From the NCBI RefSeq assembly GCF_009914755.1, contig NC_060925.1: a stretch of DNA of 64,000 nt; one strand, 5' to 3'. This DNA comes from the human T2T-CHM13v2.0 reference genome, Homo sapiens. The translations under genes were made by a program, and so were the position numbers. Below the pieces are notes generated by a model. That model was given only the letters and a program-made list of their open reading frames with translations, was not told where the DNA came from and ran no database searches. Below, piece by piece: positions 14,279 to 26,871 of the stretch (position 1 is the first letter of the stretch; each line of letters starts with the position of its first letter).

Positions 14279-14600
14279 ATCGATCTATCATCTATTATCC
14301 ATCTATCATCTATCTATATTTTCTATCATCTACCTATCATTTATCTATCATCTATCTATCTACCATCCATCATCTATCTATCTGTCTATCTCTTTATCAT
14401 CTATCATCCATCTATTATCTTTCTATCTATCATCCATCTATCATCTATCTATCTATATATCTATATCTTCTATCATCTATCATTTATCTATCATCTATCA
14501 TTTATCTATCATCTATCATTTATCTCTATCATTTATCTATCTATCATCTATCATTTATCTATTTATATCTATCCATCATCTATCATCTATCTATCCATCT

Positions 14601-14646
<46 letters not shown>

Positions 14647-14684
14647 TGCTTTGTCCTGTTTCTCTGGAGAACCTTGATGAGTAC
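13891..14684 (+). mobile_element. MLT2-type (ERVL) solo LTR with internal microsatellite expansion
   Basis: tgtgatgattaactttatacgtcaacctggct start, agactttgagtaaagcagatt, ctgtttctctggagaacc end. Confidence 0.9.
14233..14645. repeat. Compound STR: (TCTA)11, about 320 bp degenerate TCTA/TCA, then (AC)21
   Basis: Direct count: pure TCTA 14233-14276; AC 14603-14644. Confidence 0.98.
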
Positions 14685-15099
14685 TAAATTTCAACAATGT
14701 AGACGTATGTTCACCAAGGACTAAATTCTTCCTTCCAATCCCCCTGCCCTTATCCAATGATTGCTGCACATTAATTTTCCTCCCTATGAAATCAAAGTAG
14801 CCATTTTATTTAATCTTTCCGCCACAGTCCAATTGTAAGACTAATGCAATTTATTCTGTGTTTTGCATTTGCATGTGAATTATATATATATACACACATA
14901 TGTGTGTGTGTGTATTTATATAACACAAACACACACACGTAAATACATATCTTTTAGATTCTTACTGATATGATTGAAAGGTACAAATCAAAATATAAAC
15001 TTTTGACATGATGGCAACATGAAGTTTAACTATCAATGCCACAAACAAATAATTGACACAAATAAAAATCTGCATTGGCACTATAAATTAGGGCAGCAC

Positions 15100-16990
15100 G
15101 TGGTCTGAAAGTCTAACCAATATTCCATATATAAGACCAGATTGCAACATTCTCCTGAGACAGCACCACAGTACTAAGTAGAGAAGACTCTAGGAGATTA
15201 CTCATAAAACCCTCAATGCCGGAGTGGAAACAGCAGAATATATGTGAGAAGGCGGCACAACACTTTGAATCCCATTCACTGTAGTACATCAACAGTACCA
15301 AAAACAGCTGCAGTGGGGCTGCACTAATCAAACCACTGCAAATATGGACAGCTTCTCTCCCCGCAGTGGAGGGCAAACACCACAGAAGAAATCAGCCATG
15401 GCCATGTCTTGGAGGCAGCTTGGCAATGGACAATGTTGAATATAGGACAGAAATGTGTTCCAACGAAGTAAGTCCATCACACTCAGTGACAACATGATAT
15501 CATGGTGACATCCTGAGGCAAGGATTACTCCCAGGTCCAGCTCGCTCCCCACCATACTTAGTCTGTCAAAAAGCTAACTTATTAATGCAAATTTATATTA
15601 ACCAGAATGCCAACTCCAGCTGCAAAGTGGAGACGATCCCACTGACATATACATACATTAAGTAATCTAAGGAGAATCCATCCACCCTGTCAATAACTAA
15701 AGATCAGTTCCATGTAGAGTCCTTCATGCCAGAGACAAAGTAAATGAGAAAAATTCACAAAACAAATTCACAAATATTTCTAAGACATGCAATGGCATAA
15801 AGATTATAATAGTATCTATATATACCTAAAATACTCAACTTAAATGGCATGATGTAATAAAGCAATCAATGAAACATAACTTACAAGAGAATTTTATGCT
15901 TAGAGTCTATGATTAGAAGAGAACTTTCTAAAGGAAGGTAGAAATAGAGAACTAGAAAAAAATAAGAAAATGATGAAAAGTTAAACATGCGATAATAGAT
16001 ATATTCTCTATTAGCATCTGTAAAGGGCTGAATCGGCAGTGAAGAGAATTAGAATTAATGTTATGATGTAGAAACTTAAAAACTTAATCTGGAAGAGAGA
16101 AGGGAGAGAGAAAGCTAAAAAATGAATTTTAAAACAGAGAAAATAATAATCGAGATGTAGAAAAGAGTGAAGCATATCAGTAAATGTTGTTTCAAAACAG
16201 GAAATGAGAACGAATAAGCAGGCATATAGTTAGTTACAATTATTATAAAAAATACAAAAATACCTACAATTGCCAATCAACATTTTCTGAACTATTATGT
16301 AAGAGATGTGGTAATAACTGCTTTACACTGTATGTAATACTTATTAAACCCTCAGGAAAGCACTAAGTAGTAGATGTTATTATTATATGCATTTTATAAA
16401 TGTAGAAAATGAGCTTAAATAACAAAACAGAAAAAAATTTTCTTCAACTAGGAAAAACCTGAATCAACAGACTTAAATCAGTCACCAAATTTGTAAATAC
16501 ATCACAGAACAAGCAACGAAATGGCAATGGCCCATTTATATTTTGAATTTCAAGGAAAGAAAAGGCATTACAGGTATCTAGGCAGGATAAAAAATCAGTT
16601 TTAAAAAACAGCATATGCACAGGCAACAAAACATTCTGCCAAATAATTAAAGGCTTTGAACAACTACATATAATCCTAATAAACTGCTGGGAAAAGTATT
16701 GTAGTTTTCCAATAAGTTAGTTAAGATTTCTTTTAAAAAAAGATAGTGTAGCAAAGAGATGACATATTAAATTAGCATATATAAATCAATCATTTTCATA
16801 TATGTAAACAATAAAAAGTATATATAGGAAGAAAAGACCCACATATAATAATAACACATAATAAAATAACCGAAATAAGCTTAGTAAGAAAAGTGCAAAG
16901 TCTATATTTTAAAAACTTTAAAGCACTCCTGAAAGACCACATATCAAAATTGAAGACATGAAAAGATAGAGTATATTCTTGATTAGAAGA
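15100..16990 (+). mobile_element. Ancient L1M/HAL1-like 5' region and ORF1 remnants, interrupted by a MIR (~16260-16420)
   Basis: A-rich decayed ORF1-like sequence; no intact frame; boundaries approximate. Confidence 0.55.
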
Positions 16991-16999
16991 CAACTCTGT

Positions 17000-17450
17000 A
17001 ACTGAGCTTGGGATTACAATAAGGAGTAGGTTTGAGAAGTGGAAAAATCGGGGTTCCATTTTGGTTGTGTTGAGTTTGACGTTTCGGGGAGAGGCCTTAG
17101 GCACTGGAGAAGTGAGTGTGGAGCACTGTGGAGAGGTCAGCATGAAAGTTATGAATTGGAGCATTCTCAACATATGTCACTTAGCAACAGCGTGTAGATG
17201 CAGAAAGGAGAGGAACCTAGGACAGAAACCTGAACCTTCCAACATTTATGGATTAGCTGAGAGTGAAAAGCCACCACAGAAGACTGAGACCAAACCAAAT
17301 GGCCAGTGAAAAGGATGGAAGAGTATGAGTGTGATATTCTGGAAGCAAAGGACAATCAATTTGTTCAAAGAGAGAATATTCATTCTGTATTCCCAGTGCC
17401 TGGCCCATGGTAAGAACTCAATAAATATTTGTTAGATGAATGAAAGTGTG
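17000..17450. mobile_element. L2 fragments
   Basis: ttttggttgtgttgagtttga... and L2 3' end ctcaataaatatttgttagatgaatga. Confidence 0.65.
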
Positions 17451-18558
17451 AAAGAAGAAATGGAATTTTCCTAGAAAGATATATTTTATAAAAGTGTACT
17501 CACAAAGCAGAAGAAAAACATTTTAGACTAATTCCGTATATGTGTATTATACATATATGTAAACTAAAAAAAATCCAAAATTTTAACAAAAAGTTCAAAT
17601 CCATCTGTATTCTAAAATAATAACAAAATATGACTACATGTCTAATGGTACCAAAATCTCTGATAAAATATTCAGCCAAATGTGTCCTGGATTGCTGTAA
17701 TAGAAATGAGTTATTAAGTGCTCATTGATAAAATACTGAACACTAAGTCTGCAAATAATATAGACTCATTGGTCTTAAGTATGGTCCTGAAGATCATTCA
17801 GCCTTCTCCTCCTGTCTTCAAATGGGCCATCAGAACCTGCTCCCATACCCAGAATTAGTCTCTTCTTCCATCTTGCCACAAAACCCTCTTTCAGCAAATT
17901 ATTGACTTCTAGAACATCAAACCATCCCTAGAGATCTTCAAACGACCACTTGGCTACCAGAGAGCACACAAGACAGAAACTAGGCATGGGTTTCTTTCTT
18001 ATTTTAAAACATCTTCAGGGAGTTTTTGATAGAGTTAAAACTAGACTTGGCATTATAACCACTTAGTCTCCCTTCATGACCAGTTTCAAAAGGCATGATT
18101 GGTTTCATATAGGCAGCCACCAAAGTAACTTTCATAATATCAGCTACATTATTAACCACATCAAATTGGGATCAGAATAGCCACCAGATTGATTCATTTT
18201 CCATGTGCACAATCTGTTACATATTCAGAACAATCATTAATGTTTCTTAACTCTTCTTGAAACCAGTACAGAGCCTTGGATTTTGTCTAGGGTGAATTAC
18301 TTCATTCAAAAAAACAAACCAACAAATCAGAAACTAATTTTTCAGCCTGTCATAAATATGACTACAGAACATGTATGTTCCTTCCTGGATACATTTGACT
18401 TTATCTTGTCATAACAGCTTCTAATGAATCTTAAAAACTTCCTCAAAGTGTTCAGCAAGCAAATAAAATCAGTTTTCCATGCACATTATAGCTAAAACAA
18501 GATCCTACCTGTAAATTATAAACAATGATTGTTTCTTACTAGCTTATGATATCTGTGA

Positions 18559-18913
<355 letters not shown>

Positions 18914-19543
18914 CCAGTCTTTACCTTACAGAAATAATACTCTTTTAAATCTACTTCACCTCTGATCCTTAATAGTCTTTGCCAATCAGTAGTTTCCTGA
19001 TTAGCCATGACTGTGTCAATCTATTTTTTAGCACTGGGATTATTTGTCTGGTCCTATAGTTTTAAAAAAACAGGCATGCCACTGAAGTGAGGCTGAAATG
19101 TGAACTTGGTAAGACTGTAGCTTCCCTTCCTATTAATTATCTCCCCTTTCACCTGGTGATAATATGATGCTGGCAATAGCTGCTTTGTCTTTACCTAATT
19201 GTTTTAATACCACTTAATCTTCAACAATGAGTATTTTAAAAGCTCATGTAGCAAATGAGCTGGGGGTGTACACAGGCCTTTATGGACAGAATTTGAGCTG
19301 CATCTTTTGATGGTATTGCTTTATAAAGCTAGCTTAAAATGAGAAAAAATTAAAACCTTGCATCTTCGTATACTGTTAATTCTAAACCATTTTAAGGCAA
19401 TAATTACCAGAGGCAGGAACCACAGCTATGCCGAGTTCCTCTCTATCAATAGAAGGGTGTGTTACATAGGTTGGCATATCACTGACCTTTTCTGCAGTCA
19501 CTGTAATGCCAGCTTTTCATAACTATTGTTTTCTGTTTTCTCA

Positions 19544-19954
<411 letters not shown>

Positions 19955-20583
19955 TCATTAAATGCTTTGCATATGTAGGATCTTGTTCCAGGCAATGCAA
20001 AGTGTGAACTCATAAAAATTGTTCCCTTACTTTGGAAATTAGTTTTCTGCTACAGAATAGACACAATGTCCAACATGGTGAACAGGTTTATGACTTAAAT
20101 AGAGCGTTTCTCTCTCTCTCACACACACACACCATGTAGGCACGAGAAAAAAAATCAGAATTACAAATAAAATACTGATTTCAAACTGTATTTAAAGATG
20201 TAGTTAAGGCAAAATTATAAGTTAATGAGATGTATGTGTCTTATAGAAGGAAAGTTCATTAATTCATAATCACTTGCCATAAATTATATGTACAATTATT
20301 TTATGGACATGTATACAGCTGATCCAGTCTAACGATCACCGATGACCTGAATCAAATAATATGGCAGAATTAAGGATGTGAAAAATTGTACAAATATGCT
20401 AACTTTCAGTGAAATATGTTTTGACTACCATAAAATTTATATAAATGTTAAAAGCACAGTTCAAACTGAATTATAATTTTTCAGGAGGTTTGCTTGCGTG
20501 CCATATTAAAATATCCCTGATGAAACATATTTCTTAAAACCACTAAGAAAAAAGTTCTTGCAATGGGAAAATGATTTATTTAC

Positions 20584-20634
20584 CTGGATCTTCTATAGTT
20601 AAGTTCTTTATCAACCATTGAACAATGTCTGAAC
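20584..20634 (-). CDS. RGS7: Internal coding exon (51 nt, phase 1-1) of regulator of G-protein signaling 7, DEP domain; probably exon 4
   Basis: Minus strand: ...gtttttcttttttctttttctag|GT TCA GAC ATT GTT CAA TGG TTG ATA AAG AAC TTA ACT ATA GAA GAT CCA G|gtaaat. Strong polypyrimidine tract, AG and GT. Translation (G)SDIVQWLIKNLTIEDP(V) matches RGS7 as recalled (RGS6 reads GTDIVQWLMKNLSIEDPV). Exon number is from memory. Confidence 0.95.
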
Positions 20635-20914
20635 CTAGAAAAAGAAAAAAGAAAAACACAAACAGATGTGAACATTTTGTTTATACATATTAACTTTAAG
20701 AATTCTCCACCTTTGGTGCTCATATTAGAAGGAACTTTTCTAATTGTTACAATGACAGATTAAGGATCTACCCCAGATGGAATGCTGAAAACACAAAGTA
20801 TGGATACTTAGCTGTCCATCAATAAACCAAGGTGTAAACTAGTAAATTATTAAATATGAAATATTTAAATGGAAATAAAATTTACTGTACTAGTAGAAAG
20901 TGATTTGTTTACTA

Positions 20915-22060
20915 AATAAGTGTTTATTAAGCATCTCCTATATTTCAGGTACAAGTCTTAGCACAGCATAACCAGTATTTTATAAGGTAGTTCCTGTCTC
21001 ATTTTTGGTTGTACCCACCTCATCCTTGTATCCCCTCTCAAGTCAAACCAAATTTGTTTTTGGTTTTCGAACCCTCTTACGTATTTCAAGTCTCTGTGTC
21101 TCCACAGCAGTACTCTCCCTGACCGAAATGTCTTCCCACTATTTTTAAGACACTCAAGATTCACTGATATGACAGAACTTGCCTTGGCCCTTCCCCTCGT
21201 CCACTGAGTTCACAGTACTGTCCATGAAACCTCATTGGAACCCATGCAGTCTTTTATTGTCGTGTTGATCACACACCATTGCCCCAGCTGTTTATTTGAT
21301 GAATGCCCCAAAGTAAGAACCTTGAAGCAGGGTGTCATATTCATCTTTGATTATTTGGAGCATAGTAAGTGCTTAACAATGTGTGATGAATACAAAGTAT
21401 GAGCAAATATGTTTCTACTTCACACAGAAGAGACAAGAGAGGTCTGCAGAAAACAATGTTTGAGCTAGATTTTGAAGGATGTATTTTTATCTATGAATAA
21501 GAGAGAAATTTAGTTGCTGAAGGGGCCTACGTAAAAACTAAAAGGTGGAAAAGCAGTCAACAGAAATAATTTACTGCACACTGTCTATATGTAAGTGCTG
21601 GGAATAATAGAAAATTGAAAGTAATAATGGAGTGCACAGTATATTCAGCAGGTCTTGAATTCTAGGCTAAAGAATTAAATTTTCTTTTTCCCATAAGGAA
21701 AGCAGAGAAAGAGACATGCAATATTCTTGAGCAGAAGAATGACATTATCAAAGTAAGTTTGAGGAGTATGACTGGCAATATATATGAAATGCCTTGTAGT
21801 CAAAAAGAAGGCAAGGCAGTCGACATGTCTACTAGTTGCAATCCAAGGATGAAGGGAAAAGGTCTTAGTTCAGTGTACAAAGGAATTTCTTAAAAAATTA
21901 CAGACTTCTTTCAGGACTTTACGACTAATTAGGTATAAAGGTTCTAAGTAGGAGAGATTAAAAAAGAAGTCAAGGTTTCTAGCCCGGAAGCATAGATGAA
22001 TAGAATGATGAAAATAAGAGCAGAAATGGGAGATTTAGCAACTGATTTGCTTGAGACATT
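20915..22060. mobile_element. L2 fragments in both orientations
   Basis: tttattaagcatctcctat..., catagtaagtgcttaacaatgtgtgatgaat, gtcaaggtttctagccc. Confidence 0.5.
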
Positions 22061-23453
22061 CATTTGTATTTAAAATTGGTTTTCTGCATAACTCTTTTCT
22101 ACACAAAATAGGAAAAATATGTATGTGAATTGTTTGCATACATAGTAAACTGTGTTATGCCTGCGTGAATTGAATCAAACTTCAGTGTGAACCAAGATTC
22201 CATTTCAGCCTCTCCTGGAGGCTGGCTAGAGTTGCTGTCTACCCACCTCGGAGATTTGGCAAATTAATTACATTAACATTGGCAAAATAATTCTAGCTGC
22301 TTGAATTAAACCAGTTCAAAATCAATTTAAGAATAAATTTGATTACTAAACTTGACAATAAAGTCCCAAAAGTTATGAGAACATTCATACTCAATGTCAA
22401 TTTCAGCATGCATGCATTTAAAAAAATAACTCCAAGTATTGACTTGAACTTGTGTTCCTTTTACAGCTGCCATGGATTTAAATCATTTGGGAAGACAGAC
22501 TCATCCAGATCCTAAAGGAAGTTTTACTAAAACAGCTCTGAGGGTCAAATGGAAAGGAGATCATTCTCCAGAAGGCAGTTGACCGTGTCCCGGTGTTGTG
22601 TTCAACCTTATAGTCTTAGGTTATCTGGAAGCACGATCTTCCCATTGAAAAAGAAAAGGAGAACTCAGCTTTTCACATATACATGTAGTGATCCTTGACC
22701 AATGTCGATTCCCAGATACACAAATCTTCCGCACAAGCCCCAAGCACCCTGCTCATTTTTCAGAGTTGAGCATCTATTTGTGGAACATATGTGAGCAGCC
22801 ACTGGAAATTTTCCATTCTTTTGAAGACAGCCAAACATTCATTCCAGGACTATACATATTTTTTATTGTGAAAAATGACTTGAAAAATGCTCTTAGAGAC
22901 TAAGTTTTTAAAAATATTCTGTTCTGTTACGCTTTCTTTCCTTTTCTTTTTTTTTCTGGGCAGAAAGAAATACAAAGAAGCCTAATTTAAAAGTATGTTT
23001 AATTCAGAGAATAGGAAACTTTCTTTCTTAGCCTACTTTTGAGTATTTCTGTCACAAGTGTATTCTCAGTTCAGCTCTGAAGGAGTCAATTTAATTGGAC
23101 TTGACCAACTGCTAGTGCCACTTAGCAGATGCTGTAGTAGTTTTTTTATTGTGTGATCGCCCCAACATATTTATGGTTTTAGGTTATGGATTTTTAAATT
23201 GTTAAATTCTTACCCAGACTCACCATGTTAACCTATGCTCCATCTGTAAGAGTAAGACCTCAACTCCTTGAAGAGATAGGTAGAGAGAGAAAGAGGAAAA
23301 AAATCCAGTATCTTATTGGAACCAGAAGACTGAAAGAGAAACGTGCTCCTATAGAGTCATCTTGAGAAGCATGACTCAAATTTAAAATGGAGCATTACAG
23401 TCCAGAGAAGTGTAGTAGGAATGCCACCTTTACAGCAATTTTCCAGCTTTATA

Positions 23454-23454
<1 letters not shown>

Positions 23455-23497
<43 letters not shown>

Positions 23498-23498
23498 A
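23455..23498. repeat. (TAAA)11 microsatellite
   Basis: Direct count; not attached to an Alu. Confidence 0.97.
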
Positions 23499-24708
23499 TG
23501 GCTGGGTCTGCTGAAGTTTTTCACATATAATGTATATGTAGAAAATTGTAGCATTCTATTTACCTTGATTTTGGAGCCCTCAAAGTAACCTGTGGAATTT
23601 TTTGAAATCACACTTTCACTGTAGCCTATGGAAAGTTTATACAGGCATATGTCACTTTTAGAGTTGCAGAGCTTTGTGCTCCGTCTGCTCAGCAGAAGCA
23701 GTAGAGGTTTTATTACTGTCGAATCCTAGCAGTATATTATTTAAAATGAAAACAAGCAAAAACAAACAAGCAGAATTCTTCCTCATCACACTGCTCATAG
23801 TTTTCTACCTGCTATACTGTTTCTTCCTTCCATGATTTTGCTAATGCTCTTCTATCTTCATCTCTTTTTCCTGTGGTGAATCCCAACTGAGGCCATAAAG
23901 TTCAATTCAAACATTATCTACTCCAGGAAGCCTGTTGTGCCCACCCCTCAACAAAAGATTGAATGAATAAATAGCAAGACTCCCCTCCCCAAATTCTATT
24001 TTGACAGAGTTTAAAAAGAATAGTATCCTTCATGCAAAGAATATTCTACTGGCATGTAATTTAAACACCACTATTATTAAACATGATGTTAAATTGATCT
24101 TAAACTTCAACATTATTTTTTCACCCATGCCACGGATCTGAACGGCAAACGAGCTTCCTTACCTGTGCCCCCTGCAGAGTGCAAAGGCCTGGACCAGGCT
24201 CTGTCCTAAGCCTGTATTACTTCCATTACGGTCCACGTCTGCACCCCTCCCCAGGATTAGAGCACATCCTCAGCTACAAGTGTCACCTACAGCTATCCAC
24301 AAACTAAATCTGAATTAGAGGTGCACAAAAATATTAAGCATTCATGAAAAAAATTGCAAAATATTTGTAAATATAAGATATGAGGACTCTGTAAGCAAGC
24401 AAAATAGAACACATTTGATTTGCATCCTTTACAAAACTCAAGTATTTTCATAATTTTCAGCTAAAGACATTAGTGAAAACTTGAGCTCTTAATCACCATA
24501 GAAGGTGTGCAAATTATTCCTGAGGCAAAGACGCTGACCTTTGCAATGTTTCTCTTTCAGGGAAATGGAAAAGCTCTTTGTACTGCCCAAATACCTTTGC
24601 TGAAGCCTCAGAACCACATAGACACAGTGCTGACAATACAAATATTTTTATTTAGTGAATATCATAAATAATCCTTAATCCATGATTTTTGATGTTATAA
24701 CTATTCTT

Positions 24709-25008
24709 CTTTTTTTTTTTTTTTCCTTTGAAGACAGGGTCTCACTCAGGCTGCAAGACAGTGCAACAATCACCTCATCGCAGCCTCAACTTCCTGGGCT
24801 CAAGCAATTCCCCCTGTCCCAGCCTCCCAAGTAGCTGGGATTACAGGTGTGAGCCACCATGCCCGGCAATTTTTTTTAATTATTATTTTTTGGAGATGGG
24901 GTCTCACTATGTTGCCCAGACTTGTCTTGAAATCCTGGCCTTAAGTGATCCTCCTGCTTCAGCCTCCCAAAGCACTGAGATTACATGGCATGAGCCACCA
25001 GGCTCAGC
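24709..25008 (-). mobile_element. AluJ
   Basis: Diverged reverse Alu; TSD aactattctt. Confidence 0.9.
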
Positions 25009-25480
25009 CAACTATTCTTAGAACCTCTCACTAAATAGAAGACTTTCTATATACTAAAAATCATTTTTCCAACATTATTCTTTGTTCCTTGAAGTAGGCA
25101 CAATAAATGTTTATTATCATCAAATAGCATGTAATAAACATCTATTGCGTTTCTGTAGAAGTTTGGCTGAGGATCTGCACTTTAAGGAACAAGAAAGAAA
25201 GAATGTCTAGCGAAGCAAATTAACTGATCTGTCAGTCCCTTGAGAGAAGAAACGACATCATACTCATCACGTTTCCACCATTCTCTTCAAAGTGCTTCAA
25301 CACAGATCATCGTTAAATGTTTACTGAAGGCATGAGTCACTATTTATGGACATCTACTCTATACAGAAAAGACTCCAAATGCTGAAAAAGTCAGCTCTAA
25401 TGGTGACTCCATCTAGTATGTTATGACACCACAGTGTATCTCTCATTATCATAATTTAAAAAGTTCTTCATGCAATTATA

Positions 25481-25643
25481 ATTTTAACTCAATTTAATTT
25501 AAAACACGGCAGAATTTCTTTAAATTAAACTCAATTGAATTTCTTTAATTTTTAAATTAAACTCAGTTTAAAACACTGCAGAATTTCTGTAATTTAAAAC
25601 ACTGCAGAATTTCAGTTTAAGTTAAAACACTGCAGACTTTCTG
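25481..25643. repeat. Degenerate minisatellite-like array of TTAAAACACTGCAGAATTTC (4 copies) mixed with TAAACTCA units
   Basis: Repeated motif read directly. Confidence 0.85.
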
Positions 25644-26008
25644 TTTGAGAAATGAAGTGATTTGCTTAAAGCTAGCATATTACCCTTTTGTAAAGCTGAA
25701 TTAATGAACTAAATTTCTCCACAATCTTTCCAATAAGTAATTGCTAATATCTAAGAATAACATTTTGTTTATTTGAGTACTTGTGTCCTGTCCAGAGCCT
25801 TAAATATGATTGCACAGCCATTGTCACATCTGAGGGTTCAACAAAGCAACCTGCAACCAAAGGAGCAGGAGAGATGAACTCCAGCCCAGCTACAGACTAT
25901 GTTCTCTAACCCCTTGATCTAAGAAATCTCAGCAATGGCAAAAATCTGGATATCACCAATTAATGGCCGGTGTCCTAGTTCTGTCTGCCTTTGGCCAAAA
26001 GCGGGTAC

Positions 26009-26871
26009 TGAAAAAAGAGAAAAGCAGCCACTGGCTTCCAGGAACTGGCTGGGCACTCACAGCTATGTCTTGGTGCTTCCTTGGTAAATATGAACAATTT
26101 CTTAGAAGAACATTAACACCGGACAAGGCCACTCTAGAACCCTCATAGGTCAAGATAAAAACAAGACCACTCTGTAATCAGATCTGAACACAAACAAAAC
26201 ATGAACATGGGCTGAGCCATAAAATATCAAATTCCATCCTGGATAACATGAGCGACTGCTGCTTCTTTATCAATGCCATATTTAGTCTTGTCTAATCTGT
26301 CCTCCTGTAGAAAAAATGTATTAAGATACCCAATCAGGCCGGCCACGGTGGCTCACGCTTGTAATCCCAGCATGTTGGGGGGCCGAGGCAGGTGGATCAT
26401 GAGGTCAGGAGATGGAGACCATCCTGGCCAACATGGTGACACCCTGTCTCTACTAAAAAAAAAAAAAAATTAGCTGGGCATGATGTTGCGTGCCTGTAAT
26501 CCCAGCTACTCGGGAGGCTGAGGCAGGAGAATCAAACCAGGGAGCTCGAGGTTGCAGTAAACTGAGATGGCGCCACTGCACTCCAGCCTGGCGACAGAGT
26601 GAGACACTGTCTCAAAAAAAAAAAAGATACCAGATAATGGAATTGTCCCTACTTCCTGACAGCACCCAATCTAGAGCAAAGGCCCACTTCCTCAGATCCT
26701 CTCCACGACTACCAATGCCAAAATCCTGTAATAGATTCTTCCTAAAACCCTATTACTGAGACACCCCATGGTTCCCGATGGCGTGCATTCTCCCTACCCT
26801 CAAGAAAGAATAAAGTTGACTTGTTCGACTATAGGCGTGTTCCTGGTGGTTTTGGGCTAGAGGCATCGACA
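26009..26871 (+). mobile_element. ERV1-class solo LTR (subfamily not assigned) interrupted by an Alu
   Basis: TG...CA ends, AATAAA at 26809, LTR-like composition. Confidence 0.7.
26337..26624 (+). mobile_element. AluS (Sc-like)
   Basis: Dimeric Alu; TSD aagatacc. Confidence 0.95.

Noticed and set aside
14139-14724. Longest ORFs in the track (182 and 181 aa)
   Set aside because: Stop-free translations of the TCTA/CA microsatellite (YLSI/THTH repeats)
15113-15555. Two overlapping minus-strand ORFs resembling a frameshifted membrane-protein pseudogene
   Set aside because: No family recognised, no poly(A)/TSD or splice structure; adjoins decayed L1/HAL1-like sequence. BLASTX would settle it.
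25481-25643. Repeat-spacer (CRISPR-like) appearance
   Set aside because: Eukaryotic DNA; spacers are irregular and self-derived; no cas genes
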